This document shows, one piece after another, positions 1 through 8,568 of a stretch of DNA of 35,354 nucleotides; position 1 is the stretch's first letter, and the number at the start of each line of letters is the position of its first letter. The stretch comes from a virus (Duplodnaviria > Caudoviricetes). The position numbers and the translations under genes are program-made. The notes below the pieces were generated by a model, which was given only the letters and a program-made list of their open reading frames with translations, did no database searches and had not been told where the DNA came from. The DNA is taken from IMG/VR virus record IMGVR_UViG_3300011335_000393, positions 1 through 35,354 of that record, one strand, 5' to 3'.

Positions 1-185
1 ATCCCCAAGATTTACGACACACAGCGCATTGCGCGCATCATTGGCGTTGATGGTGAAGTCAGCATGGTCAAAATGGACCCTATGCAGCAAGAGCCTGTCA
101 AGGAAATTCGTGACCAAAATGGCGGTTTGATCGAAAAAATATACAACCCGTCAATCGGCACATACGACGTTATGGTCACTACTGG
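1..185. repeat. Terminal direct repeat, copy 1 (circular assembly overlap)
   Basis: 1-185 matches 35170-35354 except at 127, 132 and 147. Confidence 0.97.
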
Positions 186-762
186 CCCCGGCTACATGAC
201 CAAGCGTCAAGAGGCGCTCGATGCCATGTCGATGATCCTGCAATCCAACCCGCAGCTTTGGACTGTGGCCGGCGATCTGTTCATCAAGAACATGGATTGG
301 CCCGGAGCGCAGGAAATGGCGAAACGGTTTAAGAAAATCCTTGATCCGAAAGTCTTGGAAGAAGGCGATCAATCGCCTGAAATCATGGCTGCCAAGCAAC
401 AGATTGAAGCCTTGTCGCAAGAACTCAACCGTGTCTCTGACATTATGGAAAACATCCAAGACAGCGCGGAACAGCAAAAAATCGCTATCGACAAGTACAA
501 AGCTGAAGTGCAGGCTTACGAAGCTGAAACCAAGCGCATTTCTGCGGTACAGAATAGCATGACACCTGAACAAATTCAGGATATTGTCATGGGTACAATT
601 GCAGGCGCACTGGATACAGGCGACTTGATCGGCGGTTCACCTGAAATGCGCGAAGTACCGCAGATGGACGAACAGATGGCTGAAAGCCACATGATGCCCG
701 ACGGCCAGATGATGCCGGATAACAAAATGCCCGAACAAGCCCCTGAAGGAATGATGTCATGA
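1..762 (+). CDS. P22-like portal protein, C-terminal part (continues in frame from 33691 across the junction; 746 aa total)
   Basis: Position 1 is in frame with ATG 33691 via the overlap (35170-33691=1479). Has YDVMVTTGPGYMTKRQEA and DWPGAQEMAKR motifs and a Q/E-rich coiled-coil barrel. Confidence 0.92.
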   Translation: MPKIYDTQRIARIIGVDGEVSMVKMDPMQQEPVKEIRDQNGGLIEKIYNPSIGTYDVMVTTGPGYMTKRQEALDAMSMILQSNPQLWTVAGDLFIKNMDWPGAQEMAKRFKKILDPKVLEEGDQSPEIMAAKQQIEALSQELNRVSDIMENIQDSAEQQKIAIDKYKAEVQAYEAETKRISAVQNSMTPEQIQDIVMGTIAGALDTGDLIGGSPEMREVPQMDEQMAESHMMPDGQMMPDNKMPEQAPEGMMS

Positions 763-1121
763 GCGCCGCCAATTTTGTAGGTACACTATTTCTTGCGCGC
801 GATGTAACCCATTCGACGCATCTGAACACGCGCAGTTATGCAAAACACAAAGCACTGCAAAAATTTTATGAAAACATAATTGGTTTAGCAGACGATTTTG
901 CAGAAGCATATCAAGGAAAATATGGTCTAATTGGCCCTATTACGCTTATGACAGCTAAAAAAACCAACAACATTATTGAGTTTCTTGAAGGTCAAGTAGA
1001 CGAACTTCAGGAAATGAGGTATAAAGTTGTCGATAAGGATTGCACCCCCTTGCAAAACATTATCGACGGAATTTTTGGGTTGTATTATGCGACCTTGTAC
1101 AAACTGAAATTTTTGGCTTAG
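759..1121 (+). CDS. Ferritin/Dps-like four-helix protein (DUF5856-like)
   Basis: ATGA overlap with portal stop. HSTHLN..SYAKHKAL..FY......DDFAEAYQG resembles the Dps H...D-x-x-A-E pattern. Confidence 0.65.
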   Translation: MSAANFVGTLFLARDVTHSTHLNTRSYAKHKALQKFYENIIGLADDFAEAYQGKYGLIGPITLMTAKKTNNIIEFLEGQVDELQEMRYKVVDKDCTPLQNIIDGIFGLYYATLYKLKFLA

Positions 1122-1131
1122 GATAATATGT

Positions 1132-1410
1132 ATGTCTGCTAATTTTACCGCTTTGAGTGCCACCGCGCAAGTTAAGATTGGTCTTGGCAAGCTGAAGGGT
1201 ATCTTTGTGTCTTCAGGCACTAGCCCTACTATTGCTGTTTACGACTCCGCAACGGCGTCTACCGGCGATCCGCTTGTTATAGCAACTTTTACTGGGGCTA
1301 CCCCCGGTAACTATGTGTTTACCGGCGACGCAGACGGCGTGGTATTTAGCAAGGGTTTGTATATCGTTCTTGGCGGCACAACACCTAAAGTTTCTGTTTT
1401 TTACGAATAA
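1132..1410 (+). CDS. Small beta-rich virion protein (hypothetical)
   Basis: 92 aa, G/T/A/V-rich, upstream AGGA, located in the head module. Confidence 0.7.
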   Translation: MSANFTALSATAQVKIGLGKLKGIFVSSGTSPTIAVYDSATASTGDPLVIATFTGATPGNYVFTGDADGVVFSKGLYIVLGGTTPKVSVFYE

Positions 1411-1452
1411 TATCGTAATTAGCGCGCTATTTTTAATGTGTAAGGACATTCC

Positions 1453-3186
1453 ATGTCAGTATTTCTTTCCCCTTTAGGTGGCGCCGCCGCTCAGTTTTTT
1501 GATAGTAACGGCGTTATCCTGTCGGGCGGTAAGATATATACCTACGCAGCAGGCACAACTACGCCGCAGACAACTTACACTAGTTCGTCAGGTGCTACGG
1601 CGCACGCAAATCCTATTGTTTTGGATAGCGCAGGACGCGTACCGGGCGGTGAGATTTGGCTGACTAACGGTCTGGTATATAAGTTTACCATTGAAACATC
1701 GGCAGCCGTTTTGCTTGGTACATACGACAATGTGTCAGGCATAAATGCAATATCAATTAACGCTACTAATGTTGAATATGATCCGCCGTTTACGGGTGCG
1801 CTCACTAGCGGCTACACAGTAGCGGATAAACTAGAACAGACTGTTTCAGTTAAAGACTTCGGCGCAGTTGGCGATGGCGTGGCAAATGATACCGCGGCAG
1901 TTCAAGCGGCAATCACCGCTTCAAACGCAGTATATTTCCCCGCCGGCACTTACCTGATGACCGCTGCTATTACTGGTGGAAACAAGAGCCTTAGTTTAAT
2001 GGGCGACGGCATTGGCGTAACCGTGCTGCGCTGGTCACAAACTGGCGGGTTTGATTTATCATTTAACGACACGCTCCAAAAACTTACAATTAATAATATG
2101 TCGCTTCAAGCTGCAAAAGCCGACGCAGGTACGGCAATTTCAGCCGCATGGCCACTCGTATCGTCTTCGACATACCCAAGCACCGTAATAGAAAACCTTG
2201 AGATTATCCCCGCCGACGGCCCTACGCAGTATTGGGCAAACGGGATAATTCTGGAAAATGCTTGGAATGGCAAGATTGATAACGTCCTTATCCGCGGGAA
2301 AAACAACTCCTTAGATATGGATCAGGCCATTGCGCTGTATGGTCGGTCTAACGACTTTATTATCTCTAACGTGTTTATTTATTTTTCCAAAGAAGCTGTT
2401 TCAACAGGCGCGACTACCGAAGGAACGCTCTGGTCAAACTCAAAAGTCATATACGTAAACTATGGCGGAGTATTTTCTGGATCAGTCTCAGCGCCGGGTC
2501 TTACTGTGCGCGATGTTCACATATCTTCGTTTATCGCCGGCGTCATTACTGATAATAAACCCCAATCCTGTATTAGCGGCTGCTTGCTTTACAAACGCGC
2601 AGAAAGCACGGTTACTTGGGTAGGCATACAGTATTCCGCTGGTAGCGATGACACCGTGACAACCGATAACTGCTTTGTGGAAGAAGGCGGAGCAACAGGG
2701 GCGACTGTAGCAATAGTTATGGTGGCTGGCGAAAGACATCTTGTATCAAACAATGTCGGTCAGAACATGGACACTTTGGTTGAAGCGCAGGCTGGCGCTT
2801 CTAATTATACTATTACGAATAACCGCCGCGTGAACGGAACAACAACTATATTAGCAAGCGGCACTGGCACAAACGTCATTAGTAACAATATGCCCATTGA
2901 TGGCGTCACAACTTTCACTGCTAATGCAACAACACCAAGCGTGCTTAATTCTCCAAGCAACTTTTTTAATACGGCAAACAGTACTGCCACGACAATCACT
3001 AATTTTGCTGACGGCTACACGGGTCAAACAATTTCCGTATGTGCAAACGATGCCAATACAACCGTTCAAAACAATGCAAATATATCCCTTCAGGGCGCCG
3101 TTAATTTTGTGATGACAAGTGGCGCTATTCTTACGCTTCGACGCGACCCCGGCTTATGGCGGGAAGTTGCGCGGCGGACAGGATAA
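1453..3186 (+). CDS. Tailspike / beta-helix depolymerase with N-terminal virion-binding domain
   Basis: N-terminal QFFD..G..LSGGKIYTYAAGT..NPIVLDSAGR. Pectate_lyase_3-type SVKDFGAVGDGVANDTAAVQAAI..VYFPAGTY followed by Asn/Ile-rich beta-helix rungs. Confidence 0.85.
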   Translation: MSVFLSPLGGAAAQFFDSNGVILSGGKIYTYAAGTTTPQTTYTSSSGATAHANPIVLDSAGRVPGGEIWLTNGLVYKFTIETSAAVLLGTYDNVSGINAISINATNVEYDPPFTGALTSGYTVADKLEQTVSVKDFGAVGDGVANDTAAVQAAITASNAVYFPAGTYLMTAAITGGNKSLSLMGDGIGVTVLRWSQTGGFDLSFNDTLQKLTINNMSLQAAKADAGTAISAAWPLVSSSTYPSTVIENLEIIPADGPTQYWANGIILENAWNGKIDNVLIRGKNNSLDMDQAIALYGRSNDFIISNVFIYFSKEAVSTGATTEGTLWSNSKVIYVNYGGVFSGSVSAPGLTVRDVHISSFIAGVITDNKPQSCISGCLLYKRAESTVTWVGIQYSAGSDDTVTTDNCFVEEGGATGATVAIVMVAGERHLVSNNVGQNMDTLVEAQAGASNYTITNNRRVNGTTTILASGTGTNVISNNMPIDGVTTFTANATTPSVLNSPSNFFNTANSTATTITNFADGYTGQTISVCANDANTTVQNNANISLQGAVNFVMTSGAILTLRRDPGLWREVARRTG

Positions 3187-3192
3187 CTAAGA

Positions 3193-3221
3193 TTGCCAGA
3201 CTGCATCAAATAATGTAGTCT
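3193..3221 (+). promoter_or_regulatory. Putative sigma70 promoter for scaffold/coat, overlapped by an imperfect inverted repeat
   Basis: TTGCCA-N17-TAGTCT; inverted repeat AGACTGCAT (3198-3206) / ATGTAGTCT (3213-3221). Confidence 0.55.
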
Positions 3222-3229
3222 AGCTTACA

Positions 3230-3253
3230 ACCGTACTGATGCGGCTCATCAGG
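3230..3253 (+). promoter_or_regulatory. Structured 5' leader of scaffold gene (hairpin, possible pseudoknot)
   Basis: Stem CTGATG (3236-3241) / CATCAG (3247-3252); loop CGG can pair with upstream CCG (3231-3233). Confidence 0.45.
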
Positions 3254-3272
3254 AACTCTTTAAGGGTTAACC

Positions 3273-4061
3273 ATGGACGATAATGTCTTTACCGAAGCGG
3301 ATGCCTCCGCGCCAGAACTCGAAGCCACGGCAGCAATCGAGCCTGTAGAAAACACGACGCCGGAAGAGCAGTCTGCTGATCAGGAAGCACCTAAGACTTT
3401 TTCACAAGAAGACTTAGACGCCATCGTAGGCAAACGACTCGCAAGAGAGCAGCGTAAATGGGAACGCGAACAGGCTCAAAGGGCAGAGGAAGTGCAGGCA
3501 CGGCAGCAGCCGATCCATGACATAACCCCTGAACAATTTGAGACTTATGAGGATTACGCAGAGGTTTTGGCCGAACGTAAAGCCGAAGAAATGCTGGTAC
3601 GCCGTGAAAGGGATACCCAGCAACGTGCAATGCTAGAGTCTTATCACGAACGTGAAGAGGCGGCGCGGGACAAATATGATGACTTTGAACAAGTCGCATA
3701 CAACCCCAACCTTCCGATCACCGACGCAATGGCAATGGCAATACAAGCATCCGACGTTGGCCCCGACGTGATTTATCACTTAGGTATCAACACTAAAGAT
3801 GCCCAGCGTATTTCGCGTTTAGACCCCATTTTGCAAGCTAGGGAAATTGGAATGATTGAGGCGCGGCTTTCAGCCGAACCTACATTCAAAAAAACATCTA
3901 ACGCCCCTGCACCTATTGCACCTGTCAACGCCCGCACCGCTGGTGCGCCAACATTTGATACGACAGACCCACGGTCAGTAAAGTCCATGAGTACGTCAGA
4001 TTGGATTGAGGCAGAACGGCTACGGCAGATCAAGAAGTACGAGGCACAACGCAACCGATAA
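3273..4061 (+). CDS. Capsid scaffolding protein
   Basis: Acidic N-terminus, KTFSQEDLDAIVGKRLARE coiled coil, APAPIAP and a basic C-terminal helix; directly upstream of the coat gene. Confidence 0.85.
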   Translation: MDDNVFTEADASAPELEATAAIEPVENTTPEEQSADQEAPKTFSQEDLDAIVGKRLAREQRKWEREQAQRAEEVQARQQPIHDITPEQFETYEDYAEVLAERKAEEMLVRRERDTQQRAMLESYHEREEAARDKYDDFEQVAYNPNLPITDAMAMAIQASDVGPDVIYHLGINTKDAQRISRLDPILQAREIGMIEARLSAEPTFKKTSNAPAPIAPVNARTAGAPTFDTTDPRSVKSMSTSDWIEAERLRQIKKYEAQRNR

Positions 4062-4076
4062 ATTAGGATTATTTCC

Positions 4077-5285
4077 ATGAGTAACTCGATTTTAACCATC
4101 GACATGATCACGCGTAAGGCGCTTGAGATTCTCGAAAACAACTTGGTTCTTACACGTAACGTAAACCGTCAGTACGATGACAGCTTTGCTGTTGAAGGTG
4201 CTAAAATTGGTTCAACCCTGCGTATCCGTCTTCCAGACCGCGCACTTGTAACTGATGGCGCAGCCCTTCAGGTACAGGATGACAACGAGCAGTTCACAAC
4301 TCTGACCGTTGCCAACCAGAAGCACATCGGCGTTAACTTCACGACTGCTGAATTGACCATGCAGCTTGACGATTTCGCAGAGCGCGTTCTCAAGCCACGT
4401 ATCTCGCAGCTTGCTTCCAGCATCGACGCTGACGTTGCAAATGCGTACGCAACCATCGGTAACACTGTTGGCACGCCCGGCACTACGCCATCGACTTCGG
4501 CTGTTCTTCTTGCTGCACAGCAGAAGCTCAACGAAAACGCTGCCGTAATGTCGCCACGTTATGCCACTGTCAACCCAGCCGCTAACGCTGGTTTGGTCGA
4601 AGGCATGAAGGGTCTTTTCAACCCAACCGACACTGTCAGCAAGCAGTTCAAGAACGGCATGATGGGTACTGGCGTACTTGGTTTCGAAGAAATCAATATG
4701 TCGCAGTCCATCAAGCAGTTCACCACTGGTTCGCGTACCGCAACTGGCGGAACGACTTCGGCTGCTGTCACGTCGGAAGGCGCGACCACCATTGCCATCA
4801 CTGGCGCTGGTGCATCGGCTACCGTTAAGGCTGGCGACGTGTTCACTGTAGCTGACTGCTTTGCTGTCAACCCACAGACCCGTGAAAGCACTGGTTCGTT
4901 GTTCCAGTTCGTTGCTCTTGCTGACGTCACGCTCAGCGGCGCTGGCGCTGGCAACATCACTGTTGCAGCGGTCTACTCGGCTGCTCACGCACTTGCCACT
5001 GTCAACACACTGCCCGGCAACAGCAAGGCAATCGTGTTCGTCGGTGCAGCTTCTACGCAATATGCTCAGAACCTCGTATACCACAAGGACGCTATCACCT
5101 TCGCAACCGCCGACCTTCTGCTCCCACAGGGTGTAGATATGGCTTCGCGTCAGGTGCATAACGGCATCTCGCTCCGCGTTGTTCGTCAGTACGACATCAA
5201 CAACGACCGTATGCCTTGCCGTATTGACGTTCTGTACGGCTACAGCACGATCCGTCCGCAGATGGCTTGCCGTCTTTGGGGTTAA
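4077..5285 (+). CDS. Major capsid protein, P22 coat (gp5) family
   Basis: MSNSILTIDMITRKALEILENNL, GAKIGSTLRIRLP and C-terminal CRIDVLYG..IRP motifs; strong codon bias. Confidence 0.95.
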   Translation: MSNSILTIDMITRKALEILENNLVLTRNVNRQYDDSFAVEGAKIGSTLRIRLPDRALVTDGAALQVQDDNEQFTTLTVANQKHIGVNFTTAELTMQLDDFAERVLKPRISQLASSIDADVANAYATIGNTVGTPGTTPSTSAVLLAAQQKLNENAAVMSPRYATVNPAANAGLVEGMKGLFNPTDTVSKQFKNGMMGTGVLGFEEINMSQSIKQFTTGSRTATGGTTSAAVTSEGATTIAITGAGASATVKAGDVFTVADCFAVNPQTRESTGSLFQFVALADVTLSGAGAGNITVAAVYSAAHALATVNTLPGNSKAIVFVGAASTQYAQNLVYHKDAITFATADLLLPQGVDMASRQVHNGISLRVVRQYDINNDRMPCRIDVLYGYSTIRPQMACRLWG

Positions 5286-5294
5286 TCTAATACC

Positions 5295-5326
5295 GGCCCC
5301 CAGTTCGCTGGGGGCCAAACTTTTTT
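5295..5326 (+). terminator. UUCG hairpin / probable partial terminator after coat gene
   Basis: GGCCCCCAG-TTCG-CTGGGGGCC, then AAAC and TTTTTT. Confidence 0.75.
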
Positions 5327-5339
5327 AAGGATTTTTAAT

Positions 5340-5738
5340 ATGCCTACTTTACCTAATGGCGCCGGCGGCTATCAACTTGGCGACGGCAATCTGACCGAAG
5401 TCAACATGACAACGTCGCCTATCGCTACTGCATACACCGCAGCAGCTACACTAACTGCTGCTGATTTGGGCGGCGGTCTGGTTGTTTACACTTCTTCAAG
5501 TGCAGCCGACCTCACACTCCCAACGGTTGCTATTGTTAACGCAACCATCAGCAGCGCAAAAACTAACTCAGCGTTTGATGTTGCTTTGGTTGCTACCAGC
5601 ACAGGCGTTCCTACTATCGTAGTTGGCACAGGCTGGACGCTGGTTGGTTCAGGCGCTGGCGTTGCTTCTAAGAGCGTATTATTCCGCGCTGTTAAAACTG
5701 GCGACCTTACGTACAACCTGTACCGTATCGCTGGCTAA
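5340..5738 (+). CDS. Putative head decoration / minor capsid protein
   Basis: 132 aa, T/A/G-rich beta protein directly after the coat gene; AAGGA RBS. Confidence 0.65.
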   Translation: MPTLPNGAGGYQLGDGNLTEVNMTTSPIATAYTAAATLTAADLGGGLVVYTSSSAADLTLPTVAIVNATISSAKTNSAFDVALVATSTGVPTIVVGTGWTLVGSGAGVASKSVLFRAVKTGDLTYNLYRIAG

Positions 5739-5744
5739 TAGGTT

Positions 5745-5773
5745 TGCCCCGGCTACGGTCGGGGCATCCTTTT
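5745..5773 (+). terminator. UACG hairpin / weak terminator
   Basis: TGCCCCGGC-TACG-GTCGGGGCA, then TCCTTTT. Confidence 0.6.
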
Positions 5774-5786
5774 CAGGAGAAAATCA

Positions 5787-6200
5787 ATGGCTAATACAAA
5801 ATCTATTGGTGTTGCTTTCCTCGACCAAGATATTATTGGCGCTCAATATCTCTTGGCTGACGAGCAACTCGGCTACACCGCCGCAGCACAAGGCACAGTC
5901 ACGCAGGCGACAGATAAGTCAACTGCCGTCACGCTGAACAAGTCTGCTGGCCGTATCACTATGAACAACGCGTCTCTAACCACTGCAACTAACGCTACGT
6001 TCACGCTGAACAACAGCTTCATTTCTGCAAATGACACTGTTATTCTTACTATCTCTGGCGGTCAAGCGACCGCTGGATCATACAACGTGTTTGCTAACTC
6101 TTTGGGTGCAGGCACTGTCAGCATCACGCTACGCAACATTTCTGGCGGTACGCTGTCGGAAGCAGTAGTACTTAACTTTGCAATCATTCACTGCGTTTAA
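5787..6200 (+). CDS. Putative virion decoration protein
   Basis: 137 aa, T/A/S/N-rich (VTQATDKSTAVTLNKSAGRITMNNASL); AGGAG RBS. Confidence 0.65.
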   Translation: MANTKSIGVAFLDQDIIGAQYLLADEQLGYTAAAQGTVTQATDKSTAVTLNKSAGRITMNNASLTTATNATFTLNNSFISANDTVILTISGGQATAGSYNVFANSLGAGTVSITLRNISGGTLSEAVVLNFAIIHCV

Positions 6201-6206
6201 CTAATT

Positions 6207-6233
6207 TGGGCGGCTTTCGGGCCGTCCATTTTT
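6207..6233 (+). terminator. Intrinsic terminator
   Basis: TGGGCGGCT-TTCG-GGCCGTCCA followed by TTTTT. Confidence 0.75.
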
Positions 6234-6244
6234 AAAGGTTTTTT

Positions 6245-6424
6245 ATGGCCGTTATCTATCTTGTTCACGATGTCCACGGGGCAAAAGTTGCTATCTCAGA
6301 AGAAGAAGCGATTTATGATGAAGATTTCGGCTGGGAACGCTATAATCCTGACGTGCCTGTAAAGGCGTCAATCAACGAAATGCCGGCAGCCAAAGGTCGC
6401 CGCCGCACAACGCAGGAAGATTAA
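6245..6424 (+). CDS. Hypothetical 59-aa protein (not in ORF track)
   Basis: MAVIYLVHDVHGAKVAISEEEAIYDEDFGWERYNP...GRRRTTQED; AAGG upstream; fills the gap before the adaptor gene. Confidence 0.8.
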   Translation: MAVIYLVHDVHGAKVAISEEEAIYDEDFGWERYNPDVPVKASINEMPAAKGRRRTTQED

Positions 6425-6427
6425 CCA

Positions 6428-7138
6428 ATGGCAACTGCTGGTGACATAATTAATGGCTCGCTTAGACTGCTAGGTGTTCTGGCAGAAGGCGAAGTCCCAT
6501 CGGCAGAAACGTCGCAGGACGCACTGCGCGCCATGAACCAGATGATTGATAGCTGGAACACAGAGCGCCTGTCCGTCTTCTCGACACAAGACCAAGTGTT
6601 CACATGGCCTGCCAGCGTGCTTTCGCGCACGCTTGGGCCAAGCGGTGACTTTGTTGGCAACCGCCCTGTGCTACTTGATGACAGCACTTATTTTAAAGAC
6701 CCCGGCACTGGCGTCAGCTACGGCATCAAATTCATTAACCAGCAGCAGTATGACGGCATTGCGGTCAAGACCGTTACATCGACATACCCGCAAGTGCTTT
6801 TTATTAATATGACATATCCTGACATTGATATGTACATCTATCCAAAACCCACACGCGCTTTGGAATGGCATTTTATTTCTGTTGAAGAACTTACCCAGCC
6901 TGCGTCGCTTGCAACCACACTGCATTTCCCGCCCGGCTATCTCCGTGCGTTCCGCTATAACTTGGCGTGCGAAATGGCGCCTGAGTTTGGCGAAGAGCCA
7001 TCAGCACAGGTTCGCCGGATTGCTATGTCGTCGAAGCGTAACATCAAACGTATCAACAACCCTGATGACATCATGTCGATACCGTACAGCCTCATTGCTT
7101 CACGTCAGCGGTTTAACATCTACGCTGGGAACTACTAA
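6428..7138 (+). CDS. Head-to-tail adaptor, P22 gp4-like
   Basis: MATAGDIINGSLRLLGVLAEGE..DALRAMNQMIDSW and P..Y..A.RYNLA.E.APEFG motifs; precedes the gp10-like gene. Confidence 0.8.
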   Translation: MATAGDIINGSLRLLGVLAEGEVPSAETSQDALRAMNQMIDSWNTERLSVFSTQDQVFTWPASVLSRTLGPSGDFVGNRPVLLDDSTYFKDPGTGVSYGIKFINQQQYDGIAVKTVTSTYPQVLFINMTYPDIDMYIYPKPTRALEWHFISVEELTQPASLATTLHFPPGYLRAFRYNLACEMAPEFGEEPSAQVRRIAMSSKRNIKRINNPDDIMSIPYSLIASRQRFNIYAGNY

Positions 7139-8568
7139 TGAAGACGCCGATCTTGGGGTCGGCGTATGTCGCTAGAAGCGTCAACGCCGCCGACAACCGC
7201 ATGGTCAACCTGTTTCCTGAGATTGTCCCAGAAGGCGGTAAAGAACCCGCGTTCCTTCAGCGCGCACCGGGGCTAACTGTTCTGGCTACAATCGGCAGCG
7301 GCCCTATTCGCGGGTTGTGGACATACGGTGGCTACGGTTACGCAGTATCAGGTAGCATATTGTATCAGATAGACAGCAACTGGAACGCGTATGCCAAAGG
7401 TAGTGTGGGTGGCCTTGGCCCTGTCAGCATGGCTGACAACGGCACACAGCTATTCATTGCCGCTAACCCGCAAGGCTACATCTACAACGCCAACACTGAT
7501 GTGTTCCAGCAAATCTCCGACCCAGACTTCCCCGGCGCGGGTACGGTCGGATACATCGACGGCTATTTTACGTTCAACGAACCCGGCACACAAAAGATTT
7601 GGGTTACGCAGCTATTGGATGGAACAAGTGTTGATCCGCTAGAGTTCTCCAGTGCCGAAGGCAACCCAGACAATGTTGTTGCGGTTTTTGTGGATCACCG
7701 CGAAGTTTGGGTGTTTGGCACAAACTCAACCGAAGTCTGGTACGACGCAGGGCTTCTCGACTTTCCGTTGGCCCGTATTCAAGGTGCGTTTAACGAACTA
7801 GGCTGTGCTGCACCGTACAGCGTTGCCAAGATGGACAACCAAGTCTATTGGCTAGGCAAGGACGCACGCGGTCAAGGGATCGTCTACAAGGCCGCGGGTT
7901 ACATCGGTCAACGCGTGTCTACACACGCTATCGAATGGCAGATGCAAGAGTACGCTGACATCTCAGACGCGACCGGCTACACATATCAGCAAGACGGCCA
8001 TAGCTTCTACGTCCTGAACTTCCCCAGCGCCGATACTACATGGGTATACGATGTCGCTACTGGCGCATGGCATGAGCGCGCGTCATTTGCTGACGGCGAT
8101 TTTAACCGCCACCGCGCTAACAACCAGATGTTCTTTAACAACACTACAGTTGTCGGCGACTACGAAAATGGCAAAATTTATGAGTTTGACCTGAACGTAT
8201 ACGCTGATGATGGCGCGCCGCAGAAATGGCTGCGGTCGTGGCGGGCGCTGCCCACAGGCGCCAACAACCTTGCACGTACTATTCAACACTCAATGCAGCT
8301 TGATTGCGAAACAGGCGTGGGCCTAAACACTGGCCAAGGTAGCGACCCGCAAGTTATGTTGCGTTGGTCGGACGATGGCGGCCATACATTTTCTAACGAA
8401 CATTGGAAGTCAATGGGGGCAATAGGTAAGTTTGGTAAGCGTACCATCTGGCGCCGTCTTGGCGCAACGATGAAGATACGCGACCGTGTCTACGAAGTGT
8501 CTGGGACAGACCCGGTACGGATTTACATCATGGGGGCGGAACTAGCTATTAGCGGAACGAGCGCCTAA
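7138..8568 (+). CDS. Tail hub / packaged-DNA stabilisation protein, P22 gp10-like
   Basis: 476 aa beta-propeller-like protein; SAEGNPD, TWVYDVATGAWHER and MLRWSDDGGHTFS..WRRLG motifs. Confidence 0.88.
   Translation: MKTPILGSAYVARSVNAADNRMVNLFPEIVPEGGKEPAFLQRAPGLTVLATIGSGPIRGLWTYGGYGYAVSGSILYQIDSNWNAYAKGSVGGLGPVSMADNGTQLFIAANPQGYIYNANTDVFQQISDPDFPGAGTVGYIDGYFTFNEPGTQKIWVTQLLDGTSVDPLEFSSAEGNPDNVVAVFVDHREVWVFGTNSTEVWYDAGLLDFPLARIQGAFNELGCAAPYSVAKMDNQVYWLGKDARGQGIVYKAAGYIGQRVSTHAIEWQMQEYADISDATGYTYQQDGHSFYVLNFPSADTTWVYDVATGAWHERASFADGDFNRHRANNQMFFNNTTVVGDYENGKIYEFDLNVYADDGAPQKWLRSWRALPTGANNLARTIQHSMQLDCETGVGLNTGQGSDPQVMLRWSDDGGHTFSNEHWKSMGAIGKFGKRTIWRRLGATMKIRDRVYEVSGTDPVRIYIMGAELAISGTSA

Noticed and set aside
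4212-5318. 368-aa antisense ORF opposite the coat gene
   Set aside because: Codon-register shadow of a strongly biased gene; no recognisable motifs, RBS or promoter.
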